A program made the translations under genes and the position numbers. Under the pieces are notes generated by a model. It saw only the letters and a program-made list of their open reading frames with translations, ran no database searches and was not told where the DNA came from. 64,000 bases of DNA from Squalus acanthias (lineage: Eukaryota), in assembly GCA_030390025.1 (NCBI GenBank), contig JASTWF010000321.1:372001-436000 (forward strand). Reading direction: 5' to 3'. Below, piece after piece: positions 1-13,282 of the stretch (positions are counted from its first letter, which is position 1; every line of letters begins with the position of its first letter).

Positions 1-567
1 CCTGAATTACATGCTCAACTCTCTGGAAGGGAATGTGGACCCACGATCTTCTGACTCAGAGGTGAGAGTGTTACCAACTGAGCTACAGCTGACACATGGT
101 TCTGGAGTTAGGTTCTGGAATACCACACTTGCCCTTGGTTTAATGTGTAATATATGTGGGCAGAACAAACGAAGAACAGAGACAGGATGAGTTGTTAGTC
201 AAGGTGCTTGTTTACTAGGCCAGAGCGAACTGAGCATGCTCATACTGGACCATGTGACAAATCATGTGATAATACATTACATAATGAAAACATCGACTCC
301 TTCCTATCGCCCAAAGAGTGTCCCAAGGAATTAGGGAGTAAATTTAACGTAAATTCAAAGGCCACAGCACCACATGGTGTGTGAGGAAGAGAGACAGGCA
401 GAAGAAAGAAAAAAACCAACAGGGTTAGCAAAGTAAACTGTGTCATTCTCTATGGTTTGGGATTTACGGGTGTCAGCTTAGCTCGGATCAGAGCGCACAA
501 TGTAGGCCATGTAAGAATATCAATATTTTTTTGCATTACTTTTGTTTCTAACAAAGACAAAAAAGTA

Positions 568-2552
568 ATCAAGAAACGGCTGAGTGCACTAGATCCAGCA
601 AAGGCTATGGGCCCCGACAATGTCCTGGCTGTCGTGCTGAAGACTTGTGCTCCAGGACTAGCCGCCCTTCTAGCCAAGCTGTTCCAGTACAGCTACAACA
701 CTGGCATCTACCCGACAATGTGGAAAATTGCCCAGCTATGTCCTGTCCCCCAAAAAAAAGGATAAATCCAACCCAGCCGACATTTTTTTAAATTAATTCA
801 TGGGATGTGGGCATCGCTGGCAAAGCCAGCATTTATTGCCCATCCCTTACTCACCAATAACCTGCTCATCAATGCTCAGTTTAGGTTCTGCCAGGACTAC
901 TTGGTTACAGACCTCATTACAACCTTAGTCCAAACACGGACAAAAGAGCTGAATTCCAGAGGTGAGGTGAGAGTGACTGCCCTTAACAGCAAAGCAGCAT
1001 TTGACGGAGTGTGGTATCAAGGAGTCCTAGTAACATTGAAGTCAATGGGAATCAGGGGGAAAACGCTCCACTGGCTGGAGTCATACCTAGTACAAGGGAA
1101 AATGTCAGGCATGACCTACCTTTCACAAATCCATGCTGGCTCACTTTGATCAACTAAACATTTTCAAGGTGTTCAGTCACCCTATCCTTAATTACAGACT
1201 CTAGCAATATCCCGACAACAGATATTAGGCTAACTGATCTATAATTCCCTGGTTTCCCTCTCTTGCCACTCTTAAATAGCGGAGTGACATGCATAATTTT
1301 CCAATCTAAAGGGACAATTCCTGAATCGAGAGAACTTTGGAAGATTATAGTTAGGGCATCTGCAATGTGCTCACCTACTTCCTTTAAAACCCTGGGATGG
1401 AAACCATCTGGTCCTGGGGATTTGTCACTCTTTAGTGCCATTATTTTCTTCAGTACTGTTAATTTACTTACGTTAATTTTATCGAGTCCCTGTCCCCGAT
1501 TCAATATTAGTTTCTTTGGGATTTCCAGCATGCTATCCTCTTCTACTGTAAATACTGTAGAATGGAAGATTGCTGTGGTTGTTGGAGGTCAATCATCTCA
1601 GCCCCAGGACATCGCTGCAGGAGTTCCGCAGGACAGTGTCCGAGGCCCAACCATCTTCAGCTGCTTCATCAATGACCTTCCCTCCATCATAAGTTCAGAA
1701 GTGGGGATGTTCACTGATGACTGCACAGTGTTCAGTTCCATTCGCAACTCCTCAGATAATGAAGCAGTCCATGCCCGCATGCAGCAAGACCTGGACAACA
1801 TTCAGGCTTGGGCTGATAAGTGGCAAGTAAGAGTCGCACCACACACGTGCCAGGCAATGACCATCTCCAAAAAGCGAATGTCTAATCAACTCCCCATGAC
1901 ATTCAATGGGATTACCATCGCCAAATCCCCCACCATCAACATCCTGGGGGTCACCATTGACTAGAAACTTAACTGGACCAGCCACATAAATACTGTGGCT
2001 ACAAGAGCAGGTCAGAGGCTGGATATTCTGTGGCGAGTGTCTCACCTCCTGACTCCCCAGAGCCTTTCCACCGTCTACAAGACACAAGTAAGGAGTGTGA
2101 TGGAATACTCTCCACTTGCCTGGATGAGTGCAGCTCCAACAACACTCAAGAAGCTCAACACCATCCAGAAAAAAACAGCCCCCTTGATTGGCACCCCATC
2201 CACCACCTTAAACATTCACTCCCTCCACCACCAGCGTACCGTGGCTGCAGTGTGTACCACCTACAGCTGCAACTTGCCAAGGCTTCTTCGACAGCACCTC
2301 CCAAACCCGCGACCTCTTCCGCCTATGAAGGACAATGGTTCTCCTCCAAGTCACGCATCATCCTGACCTGGAAATATATCGCCGTTCCTTCATCGTCGCT
2401 GGGTCAAGCTCCTGGAACTCCCTCCCTAACAGCCAGATGGACTGCAGCAGTTCAAGAAGGCGGCTCACCACCACTTTCTGAAGGGCAATTAGGGATGGGC
2501 AATAAATGCTGGCCTTGGTGGCGACGCACACATCCCAGGAACAATAAAAAAA
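568..2552 (+). mobile_element. Degenerate LINE (CR1/L2-type RT, 'family B') 3' fragments, interrupted by an inverted CR1 piece at ~1101-1557
   Basis: RT motifs KAMGPDN..VLKTCAP, WKIAQ, GVPQDSVRGPTIFSCFINDL, MFTDD and YKTQVRSVMEYS are spread over several frames with stops; 3' tail near 2540. Confidence 0.85.
1101..1557 (-). mobile_element. CR1 LINE ORF2 fragment
   Basis: KSPGPDGFHPRVLKEV...WKIMHVTPLFK..GNYRSVSLISVVG. Confidence 0.85.
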
Positions 2553-3797
2553 AACACTTCTCTGCGTTGAATTTTATCTGTCATGTGTCTGCCCATTCCA
2601 TCAGAGTGTCAATGTCTTCTTAAAGTCTATTGCTGTCTTCCTCGCTGTTTACTATATTTCCAAGTTTCGTGTCATGTGCAAATTTTGATATTGTGCACTG
2701 TACCCCCAAGTCCAAATCATTAATGTATATCAAAAACAGCAGTAGTCCCAGTATTAAACCTTGGGGAAAGCCACTGTATACCTCCCTCCAGTCCGAACAA
2801 CAGCCATTCACCACAACTCTGCTTTCTATCCTTTAGCCAATTTTGTATCCATGTTGCTACTGCCCCTTTTATCCCATGGGCTTCAATTTTGATAAAAAGC
2901 CGAATATGTGGTACTTTATCAATCACCTTTTGAAAGTCCATGTACACAACATCAACTGCACTGCCCTCATCCAAACTCTCCGTTATCTCATCAAAAAATT
3001 CAATCAAGATAGCCAAACACAATTTGCCCTTAACTAATCTGTGCTGGCTCTCCTTTATTAGCCCACACTTGCCCATTTTCTCCCGAATTATTATTTCTAA
3101 AAGCTTCCCCACCACCGACGTTAAATTGACTGGCCTATAATTGCCAGGTTTATCCTTCTCCCCTTTTTGAACAAGGGTGTAACATTTGCAATCCTCCAGC
3201 CCTCTGGCACCACCCCTGTATCTAAGGAGGATTGGAAGGTTGTGGCCAGTACCTTTGCAAAATCTACCCTTACTTCTCTCAGCTACCTAGGATGCATCCC
3301 ATCGTTCCGGGTGACTTATCCACTTTAATTACCGCCAGCCTTTCTAGTAGCTCCTCTTTATCTATTTTTATCTCATCCAGTATCACAGCATCCTCCTCGT
3401 TTCCCATAGCTTTGGCAAAGTCCTCTTCCTTGGTAAACTCTGATGCAAAGTACTCAGTTAGTACCTCCTGCCTCCACCAATAATTCTCCATTTTGGTCCC
3501 TAATCGGCCTCACTGCTCCTCTGACAACCCTTTTACTGTTAATATCCCTATAGAAGACCTTTGGATTCCCTCTTATGTTAGCCGCCTATCTATTCTCGTA
3601 CTCTCTTGGCCACTCTTATTTACTTTATCACTTGTCCTCTGTACTTTTTCTTCTCAGCCTGATTCTCGCTTGTATTATCAAGCTGACATCTGTCATGTGC
3701 CCCCTTTATCTGCTCCATCCTACTCTCTAACTCCCTAGTCATCCAGGGAGCTCTGGCTTTGGTTGCCCTCCCTTTCCCACTTGTGGGAACGTATCTA
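2553..3797 (-). mobile_element. Degenerate CR1 LINE ORF2 fragment
   Basis: [52 protein letters not shown], with frameshifts. Confidence 0.85.
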
Positions 3798-4039
3798 GGG
3801 AGGGAAAATGCTAGAATCTATTATTAAGGACGTAGTAATGCAGGGCACTTAGAAAATAGTAATATGATTGGGCAGAGTCAACATGGTTTTTGAGATGCTC
3901 CTTAAAACCTACATCATCTGTCCTTATATCTCCTCATGTGACTCGGTGCCACATTTTGTTTGATAACACTCCTGTGAAGCAAATTGGATCATTTTACTAT
4001 GTTAAAGGCACTATATAAATGCAAGTTGTTGTTGCTTTA

Positions 4040-4322
4040 GTGGTGTTGGTTGAGAGATTAACATTGGCCGGGATACCGTGAGAGCTCCCCTGCTCTTTTT
4101 CGAATAGTGCCATGGGATCTTTTACATCCACCTGAGAGGGGAGATGAGGAGTTGGTTTAACGTCTCATCTGAAAGACGGCACCTTTAACAGTGTAGCACT
4201 CCCTCAGTACTGCACTGGAGTGTCAGCCTGAATTACATGCTCAACTCTCTGGAAGGGAATGTGGACCCACGATCTTCTGACTCAGAGGTGAGAGTGTTAC
4301 CAACTGAGCTACAGCTGACACA
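4040..4322 (-). mobile_element. tRNA-derived SINE (SacSINE1/DeuSINE-like), 5' part; paralogous copies at 1-95 and 36910-37192
   Basis: Reverse strand begins with the tRNA-like head (GTGTCAGCTGTAGCTCAGTTGG...GGTCC) and matches the full copy at 9352-9812. Confidence 0.7.
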
Positions 4323-4730
4323 TGGTTCTGGAGTTAGGTTCTGGAATACCACACTTGCCCTTGGTTTAATGTGTAATATATGTGGGCAGAACAAACGAAG
4401 GACAGAGACAGGATGAATTGTTAGTCCATGTGCTTGTTTACGAGGCCAGAGTGAACTGAGCATGCTCATACTAAACCATGTGACAAACCATGCTGAAGAC
4501 TTGTGCTCCAGAACTAGCCGCGCCTCTAGCCAAGCTGTTCCAGTATAGCTACAACACTGGCATCTATGTGAAAAATTTCCAAGGTATGTCCTGTCCCCAA
4601 AAAAAAGGACAAATCCAACCCAGCCAACTTTTTTAAAAATTCATTCATGGGATGTGGGCGTCGCTGGCAAGGCCAGCATTTATTGCCCATCCCTTACTCA
4701 CCAATAACCTGCTCATCAATGCTCAGTTTA

Positions 4731-5111
4731 GGTGTACAAAATTATGAGGGGCATAGATAGGGTGGATAGAAAGGAACTTTTCCCCTTAGTAGAGGGGTCA
4801 ATAACCAGGGGGCATAGTTTCAAGGTAAGGGGCAGGAGGTTTAGAGGGGATTTGAGGAAAAACTTTTTCACCCAGAGGGTGGTTGGAATCTGGAACTCAG
4901 TGACTGAAAGGGTGGTAGAAGCAGGAACCCTCACAACATTCAAGAAGCATTTAGATGAGCACTTGAAACGCTATAGCATACAAGGCTACGGACCAAGTGC
5001 TGGAAAATGGGATTAGAATAGACAGGGCTTGATGGCCGGCACAGACACGATGGGCCGAAGGGTCTCTTTCTGTGCTGTATAACTTTATGACTCTATGACT
5101 CTATGATTCTA
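4731..5111 (+). mobile_element. 5'-truncated CR1 3' end with (CTATGACT)n tail
   Basis: YKIMRGIDRVD...RKNFFTQRVVGIWNS; TTTAGGT flanks both sides (4727-4733, 5112-5118); same family as 55827-56438. Confidence 0.9.
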
Positions 5112-5941
5112 TTTAGGTTCTGCCAGGACCACTTGGTTACAGACCTCATTACAACCTTAGTCCAAACACGGACAAAAGAGCTGAATTCCAGAGGTGAGGT
5201 GAGAGTTTCTGCCCTTGACATCAAGGCAGCATTTGACAGAGTGTGGCATCAAGGAGTCCTAGTAAAATTGAAGTCAATGGGAATCAGGCGGAAAACACTC
5301 CACTGGCTGGAGTCATACCTCGTACAAGGGAAGATGTCAGGCATGACCTACCTTTCACAAATCCATGCGGGCTCTCTCTGATCAACTAAAAATTTTCAAG
5401 GTGTTCAGTCACCCTATCCTTAATGACAATGTTTCTCTGAGTCAGTTGGTAGGAAATGCCTAAGGGAAGTGCCTTGATCTCACTTGGCACTGTCACAAAT
5501 GACTTTTTTGCGCAGAATACTTGTGGGCTCAATTTGAACTCTGGAAACTGACAGGATAACTGGCTTGAAGTGGAATAGTGCCACTTTTGCTTGGATTCCT
5601 CAAAGCAATTAAAAAAAGAGCCATTGAATCAAACACGGTTGAAAACTTAAACCTTGCTCAGGTTTGCGTGGACCTTTGCTAAGCCGGCTGATATTTACTA
5701 GTTGGACTCCAGGGATCGCCGTTCCTTCATCGTCGCTGGGTCAAAACTCCCTCCCTAGCAGCACTGTGCGAGTAGCTTCACCACACGGACTGCAGCGGTT
5801 CAAGAAGGCGGCTCACCACCACCTTCTCAAGGGCAACTAGGGGTGGGCAATAAATGACCGACATTGCCAGCGTCGCCCATTTCCTAAGAATGGATAACAA
5901 AAGAAAAACTTCACTCATTGCTTCCATATGTGGGGACTTAC

Positions 5942-6079
5942 CATCACAGCTCCTACCATCATTGAGAAGTTTGTACGCAGCAGGACAGGTGCAGCGGTAG
6001 GACCCAGGGATGTTTACACAGGTGTGCATGCAGAGACTGGCGAACCCTTCCAGTTGGAAAACCTCGCACTCGTTCACAT
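5942..6079 (-). CDS. FBLN7: Fibulin-7 exon, calcium-binding EGF domain (equivalent to human exon 6)
   Basis: 138 nt, cag|...|gtaagt, phase 1-1; (D)VNECEVFQLEGFASLCMHTCVNIPGSYRCTCPAAYKLLNDGRSCD matches the FBLN7 pattern VNECE....LCMH.CVN.PGSYRCTCP. Confidence 0.9.
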
Positions 6080-6296
6080 CTGTGCGGAAGAATCAAAGCA
6101 TTTCCTTAGCACAACTTTCCACACCACAACGAATACAGCCAGAGCAGTCCTGTAGGTCATGCTTTACAAGTGAACCTTGCCAGACTGGCAGTTGGTAAGA
6201 ACTTGTACTTTGCGGACACATGGGCAGACACTTCTCAATCTCATTACCTCAAGGGCGTTCCCTCCTACAGCACATGTGGTTCCCAGCCTGAGAGGT

Positions 6297-6812
6297 TATA
6301 GAATCATAGAATGACACAGCACAGAAGGAGGCCATTCGGCCCATCATGCCTGTGCCGGCTCTTTGAAAGAGCTGTCCAATTAGTCCCACTCCCCAGCTCT
6401 TTCCCGTTGGCCCTGCAAATTGTTCCCTTTCAAGTATTCATTCAATTCCCTTTTTAAGGTTATTGTTGAATCTGCTTCCACCACCCTTTCAGGCAGCGCA
6501 TTCCAGATCATAACAACTCGCTGCGTAAAAAAATTCTCCTCACGTCGCCTCTGGTTCTTTTGGCAATCACCTGAAATCTGTGACCTCAGGTTCCCAACCC
6601 TTCTGCCACTGGAAACAGTTTCTACTTATTTACTCTGTCAAAACCATTCATGATTGTGAGCACCTCTATTAAATCTCCCCGTAACCTTCTCTACTCAGAA
6701 GAGAACAACCCCAGCTTCTCTAATCTCGCCATGTAACTGATGTCCCCCATCCCTGGTACCATTCTAGCAAATCTCCTTTGCACACTCTCTAAGGCCTTGA
6801 CATCGTTCTGAA
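6297..6812 (-). mobile_element. CR1 3' end fragment
   Basis: (ATAGAATC)n tail at the left end, CR1 3' UTR and degenerate RT C-terminus. Confidence 0.75.
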
Positions 6813-8148
6813 AGGTTGAGCAGGAAATCTTATTTTCCAGTCTTCAGCCAATTCTGCTTTAAATCAGTGTGTAGGAAATGTACAGATGTGATCTGAGTTG
6901 ATTTGCCCTCGTCTCCCAGGGAATTAAGTTGTCTTCAATTGACGTAAATACAGAATGCCTTTAGTGTAGGCTACTAGTTGGTTACGTTTCAGCTCTGTCG
7001 AAAATGGCGAGGGACTAGGAATCGAGGTCAGCCTGACGAGCAAAGTGCTCTTACATTGCATGATACAGTCCATGATAGAAGCTGCAACTCTACCCAGATT
7101 AGGTTGCATCACCTTGTGTAGTGAGGCGCGCGACTTGCTCATCGGCACAATATTTATGAGGATCCTTTGCTTCATCAGCGGCCATTGACATAGTCACGAA
7201 TCAACTCAGCAGGACCTGTGGCCTTTCTGTGCCTCTGCTTGTCTTCACCCACCACCCCACCCATGATCATCCTGCGTCGCCTCATCAAACTCACTTAAGA
7301 CCCTTTGGAGGGCGTGTTTCTATTCTGGTGCCTGCTTTGAATGATGTGGGTGGTGTAGAGTTCTGAGACGCGGAGTACCAGCTTCTTTCCTTCTGGGCTT
7401 ATGCTGCGCTGTCAATATAAAAGCTAACAACATCTTTCTACAGTGCTCGTGCTGATGTACAGAGAGAAATCTCAGAGCCGAGTTGAGAGTAAAACAATGG
7501 AAACCAAACAGGATGGGAGAAGGAAATGCTGGAAAAATTAAGGGGACAGAGAATTTGTCAAAAAGGGAAAGGTTCTGAAAACAGAGAGGGAGGTGACAAG
7601 GTGGAGGAATTCAAGGAGGGAGTTCGAGGGCAGGGCCTGATGGCTGAAAGAGAGGTGCCAATGGCGGAACAGACGGAGCGGGGAACCAAGAGTTACCCAG
7701 TGTCAGCGCAGACAGGCCATGTGGTGACATTTGCCTGGAGGAGATTGCTGAGGTGGTACAGAGCAAGACCACAGATTGATTTGAAAGACAAAATGAGATC
7801 TTGAGGTCACTTCACTGGGATAGGGAGTGCCAGTGGAGCTTGAAAAGGACAGAGTGATGGGGCGTGGAACTTGGAAGATACAAGCCATGGTTTTCTGAAT
7901 AAGTTGTAGTTGGTAGATGATGGAAATAGGGAGTTTGGCTAGGAGACCATTGGAGAAGCTGAGCTTGGAGATGACAAGGACAGGAATTAGGGGTTTGCCG
8001 GGAAAGGGGAAAAGATGGGGTTGGAGAGGAGTCTAGCACAGCCGTTAACTTACAACAGAAGTAAGGCTTATATGGATTTTTGGTAATATTCCAACAATTT
8101 GTCTGTTCCACACACTACCACGTGTGTATGATAATCACGTGCACATAC

Positions 8149-8277
8149 CTTGGCACACACTGTTCTCACTGGTCCCACTCATATGGAAGCCGGCATCACA
8201 GCTGCAGTGTTGGGTCCTTTCAAACTTTGCACAGCGAGGCTTCCGACTAAAGGACAGGTCACTTAACGCACTCCATT
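8149..8277 (-). CDS. FBLN7: Fibulin-7 exon (equivalent to human exon 5)
   Basis: EWSALSDLSFSRKPRCAKFERTQHCSCDAGFHMSGTSENSVCQ, diagnostic FSR.PRCA...R.QHCSC.AGFH.SG motif; donor G|gtatgt at 8149; acceptor tgcag| at 8277 is in frame, exact acceptor uncertain. Confidence 0.88.
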
Positions 8278-9351
8278 CTGCAGCAACGGGGGCGGGGGAA
8301 ATGACATCGATTTTTGTACTGGTCTCTGTTTTTAACAGCACAACGATTACAAGAAGCCTGTAACTGCAAGTTAGGTACCTTGGGATTGAAATTCCCACTG
8401 ATGTTAAATTTTAGCAAAAGAAGTTGGCGTGAGTACAAAGGTTTTAACTAAATTTAATGATTCCCCTACCCCACACTTCTATTTATACTGGATCCTGGTT
8501 TGATATTTGTTTTGTTTGGATGATGTCACTCAATGGAGAACACGGGTTTATACTTTCCCCATCTGATTTACTGAATCATGCTGCAATGAGGTGTTATTGG
8601 GCAGAGACCCAGCCCTTTGTAGAACACATTAATGAGGTTTCTAGAAATGGGAAACACAGGAATTCATCCCACTATTTTTTGGAAGTGTTGTTAACACATT
8701 ATGAGCTCAGGGAATTGTCCTCCAGGGAAACCAAAGGGAGAGGGATGGGCAATAATTAAAATAAATCTAAAATTAAATCCTTTAAATTTAGGAATTTCAG
8801 CAACAACAACTTGCATTCACATAGCGCCTTTAACATGGTAAAGCGTCCCGAGACATTTCACAGGAGTGTAATCAGACAAAGATAGACACCGAGCCAAAGA
8901 AGGAAACATTTGGACAGGTGACCTGGTCAAAGAAGTAGGTTTTGAGGAGCTTCTTAACAGAGGAGCTAGAAGCGGTGAGGTTCAGGGCGGGAATTCCAGA
9001 GCTCAGGGTGCAGACAGCTGAAGGCATGGCCACCAATGGTGAGTCGAAGGCAGTGTGTGTGCACAAGAGGGCAGAGTTGGAGGAAGGCAGCCAGGTAGCA
9101 CAGTGGGCTGATGAGGTCGTCCATGTTTTGAGAGTCAGATTTGACTCTGCCCTGTGGATCTTACATGATCAGAGGGCTGGGGTCTGCTCCAGGGAGGAAA
9201 GACTTCGTCACCGTCTTTGAAGCTTAGGATTGTTTTGATTCAAGGGAGGGCTGTGGTAATAAAAAAAAGTGATCAGTTCTAAAATGTTTATTAACATGTT
9301 TCTGCAGCCTCTTGACTGAGCACACGCAAGATGGAAATGCTTCCAAAAGGT

Positions 9352-9812
9352 GTTAGCCGTGGCTCAGTGGGTAGCACTCTCACCTCTGAGTTAGAAGGTT
9401 GTGGGTTCATAGTCCCACTCCAGAGACTTGAGCACAAAATCGAGGCTGACACTTCAGTGCAGTACTGAGGGAGTGCTGCACTGTCGGAGCTGCCGTCTTT
9501 TGAATGAGACGTTAAACCGAGGACCCATCTGCCCTCTCAGGTGAACGTAAAAGATCCCACGGCACTATTTTAAAGAAGAGCAGGGGAGCTCTCCCCGGTG
9601 TCCTGGTCAATATGTATCTCTCCACCAACATCACTGAAACAGATCATCTGGTTATTATGTTATTGCTGTTTGTGGGAGCTTGCTGTGCACAAATTGGCTG
9701 CTGCGTTTCCTACATTACAACAGTGACTACACTTCAAAAATTGGCTGTAAAGTTCTTTGGGACATCGCAACATTGTGAAAGGTGCTATATAAATGCAAGT
9801 CTTTCTCTTTCT
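9352..9812 (+). mobile_element. Near full-length tRNA-derived SINE (SacSINE1/DeuSINE-like)
   Basis: A-box TGGCTCAGTGGG, B-box-like GGTTCATAGTCCC, conserved core, 3' end TGCTATATAAATGCAAGTCTTTC. Confidence 0.8.
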
Positions 9813-10353
9813 TAAGGTTGTGCAGATTCCAGAAGTTAACTTTGTAAAGCAAATGGATTCTATCATGAATTGCTAAGTCGGTCCCAGCTCGAGCTGTATT
9901 GTTGTAATTTAGAAATTGAGTTTTGTTGTTATGCTTTTGATGATTTAGATTCTGTCAATTTGTGTGAACTGTTAGTCACACAGTCAGGCCTCACTGTAAT
10001 ATTCAAGACTAGGCCTTAGGAGAAAGCCAGTGATGTTTAGGACCATCAGCTGAATTGTCAAATCATTTCTTTTAAAAATATATCTATTATTTGGGCAAAA
10101 ATAAAACCGTGTTCTACTTTCCAGTAGTGCTCAGCTAGAAATGAGGCTTGGGATCGCACGGTATGAGATATTATGAAATCCTGTTGCTCACTATATTAAT
10201 CAGTTAATGACTTGGTAAAAATAGCAGTGACAGGAATCTCATATGAAGCCGCTAACATTTTGTTCTAATATTGCACAGATTACACAGGTCACAAATTACT
10301 TTTTTGATTTCCAAAAAAACGTTAAACAAGTGAAATCTCAGAGCAGTCAGACA

Positions 10354-10677
10354 TTAAGGATAAGGGCTAAACCATTTTTTAAGGATAAGGGCTAAACCAT
10401 TTAGGACAGAAATGAGGGGGAATTTCTTCACTCAGAGAGTGGTGAACCTGTGGAACTCATTGCCACAGAGGGCAGTGTACGCCAGCTCATTAAATATATT
10501 TAAGAGGGAATTAGATATATTTCTACAGGCAAAAGGGGTTAAGGGTTACGGAGAGAAGGCGGGGACGGGATACTGAATTGAAGGATCAGCCATGATCTCA
10601 TTAAATGGCGGAGCAGGCTCGAAGGGCCGGATGGCCTACTCCTGCTCCTATCTTCTATGTATCTATGTATCTATGTA
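10354..10677 (+). mobile_element. Young 5'-truncated CR1 copy, same family as 30784-34828
   Basis: Almost identical to 34524-34820; (CTATGTAT)n tail. Confidence 0.9.
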
Positions 10678-11328
10678 AGGAAGGCCTTGCCAAGGAATAA
10701 TCTTTCAACGTCATCCAGTCAGTCCTGGGTTCTAAGCATCCGAAGGTTTATTGGCAGCTAAAGCACAGCCATTAGAGTTGGACTCTAATTCTCACCTGGA
10801 CATAGCTACCCAAAGGACCAGCAAACACCAGTAATTATAATCTCGGAATCGGAGCGGTGTATTGCTGAGAAACTGGCACTCAGCCTTCTCATCCTGCTCT
10901 CCGATATTTGTCTCTTAAAAACAAGTTAAAATGTTATTCACCCAACATGACCACATTCCCCGAGTGGAATGTGTGTGCGGCCCACACGATAAGAACTGCA
11001 CTTCAAAGAGAAGCTTCTGGAACGGATTCCACACGGTTTTAAAAAATAAAACCACGGCATGTGCAAAATTCCTTCATAATTCAGAGGGGGAAAACGCCAT
11101 TCAATTCTTTTTTTAGGTTAACAGATTAAATTTGATAAAGTACGCCTTTGTAAAATTCCTCCCAGCACATTCCCACGTTGATACTCTTGATGGAGTCTGA
11201 GCTGTTTGCTTCATGACTCTTGTTGAGATTTTTAACACCCCTGATTTCTAACACTCTCACTGGAACAAGATCCCGTGCTCACTTTCCCAAATCCAGCCGA
11301 TTATTTAACCTTCCCAGATGTTACAAAC

Positions 11329-11454
11329 CTGTCTGCACTGGATACCGACAGTGGCTCCGTGTCCAGCTGTTTGGGCAAGAACATGTGTATTGGTTCACAG
11401 CATCCACACACGTCCCTCCATTCTGGCAGGGGTTGCTGGCGCATTCGTTCGTTT
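11329..11454 (-). CDS. FBLN7: Fibulin-7 exon, EGF domain (equivalent to human exon 4)
   Basis: 126 nt, ttctttcatag|...G|gtttgt, phase 1-1; [41 protein letters not shown], six EGF cysteines; in frame with the next two exons. Confidence 0.88.
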
Positions 11455-12124
11455 CTATGAAAGAAATCAAACAGGTTTCAAAAAAATGGGTATGACGAAC
11501 AACATAGTCCAGGTAAAGATTTAGCCAGATCTTTTAAATCGCTTCTTGGGGCTTCCAGTGACATTTCTGAACCATAGAAGCATAGAATCATACAGCCCAT
11601 CGTGCCTGTCATGCTGTTTGAAAGAGCTCTCCAATTAGTCCCACTCCCCTGCCCTTTCCCCATAGCCCGGCAAAATTTTCCCCTTCAAGTACTTATCCAA
11701 TTCCCTTTTGAAAGTTATTATTGAACCCAACATAAAATGCAGTTCAAAAGAAAACTGGACAAAATGGAACTGTCTGGTGCTGCGACAGATTATCGTGGAT
11801 ACCTCTCCCTCCTCCTTTAAGATGCTCCTTAAAACCTACCTCATTGACCAAGCTTTTGGTCACCTGTTCTAATATCTCCTCATGTGGCTTGGTATCAAAT
11901 TTTGTTTGATAATCGCTCCTGTGAAGCACCCTGGGGAAGTTTTACTGCGTTAAAGGCACGGTATAAGTGCAAGTTGTTGCTGTTAATATTCTGATAATTG
12001 TTGCTATTCATGACCTGTTAAAATGCTGACTTCTATTTTGAATATTCACCCGATTGATCTACAATTGGATGTGTGTGAGAGGGGCCTCAGTGTGACCCAC
12101 CCTCTGATTCTCTCTGGAAATACA

Positions 12125-12838
12125 TGGAGCGAGAAATTCGGTGCATTTGCGCCTCCTGTCAGCAAATTACTTTTTGCCCGGGCGCGGCACTGCTAACGAC
12201 TCCCGCTAAATTCAGCGGGAGTTTAGCAGCGGTGGTAACCGGTAGCGCCCCGCTCTGCTGCGCAGCCGATGACAACATCATCACCGTGCGCAGCGCCCCA
12301 TTTTCGCCCCACCTGCAAAATTGGCCCGTGCCCCCTGAATCTGTGCCGGGCGATGACAGGGGGCGGGAGCGGAGCGGCAGGAGGCTCGCGGGGAGGTGGC
12401 GGGTGCGTCTAAAAAAAAAATCGGCTGACTTTCTTGTCTCAGGCCCATTGCGTCTTTAAACGCGCGGTCCGTGCCGCGATCTGGCAGCCCGGCACTCCTC
12501 TTGAGTACCGGGCTGCTGGTATGGCACCCCGCTCCCCGGTGGTCCAGGCAGGGTCCCGTAGAGTTGTGGGCTTGGGCCCTCCCCTTTAATGAGGGGAGGA
12601 GCCTTTCCATGTGGCAGCGCTACGTGGCCCAGTGCGCAGCGCTGCAGAACGCACCGCCCCGATATTTGGTGTTAGCGCTCTAAGAAGGAAGTGGAGCGCT
12701 TGAATTAGCGTTCCACCTCTAACTTGGGGCGCTAAAACTGAATTTAGCGATAATCGACGCTATTTTTCGCCGGGCGCTAAATTTAGCACCCAGGCAATGT
12801 TAGCGACCCAAAATGGCTGTTAACAAATTTTTCCCCCA
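12125..12838. mobile_element. GC/CpG-rich non-autonomous DNA element (MITE-like, probably Harbinger-derived)
   Basis: CpG-rich block in AT-rich DNA ending in AATTTTTCCCCCAT, the same terminus as the elements at 14633 and 49515; many (T)AGCGC motifs. Confidence 0.55.
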
Positions 12839-13282
12839 TGGTGTTTCCCTGGAGGTTGAGATCACGATTTGCAGCCATGTGAGGAATTGCTACTCTATAA
12901 AGCAAGCCCGACCACTGCATGGCATTGCACCTCAGGGCACCAGCATTGTACCACAATGCTGCACCAGCATGTCTGAAGCAGTGATCTGTATGAAACCAGC
13001 TCTATCCAATGAAGAGTAACAAGTAAATTGAAGATAGTAATGACACTGAGTAAAATCAGACCACCAACACTTTCGATTTCCCTCCGGAATTGACTAATCT
13101 GTCAATTCCTATCACTTTTCTGAACAACACCAGGAGGGCAGTATTTAGTTCCCATACCTCGTTGCCGTGAGTGCATTAAGAATCAACCACATTGTGTGGG
13201 ACTGGAGTCACAAGTATGCCAGACGGTGTCACGGTTCAGGATTCTGTGGTCACTTTTACACTTTTACCACCAACAGCATAAT

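Noticed and set aside
1263..1964. 233-aa chimeric ORF
   Set aside because: Chance fusion of antisense CR1 and sense LINE fragments; the paralogue at 38359-39049 is frameshifted.
9352..9425. tRNA genes here and at 15160-15231
   Set aside because: They are tRNA-derived SINE heads continuing into SINE bodies; no complete cloverleaf.
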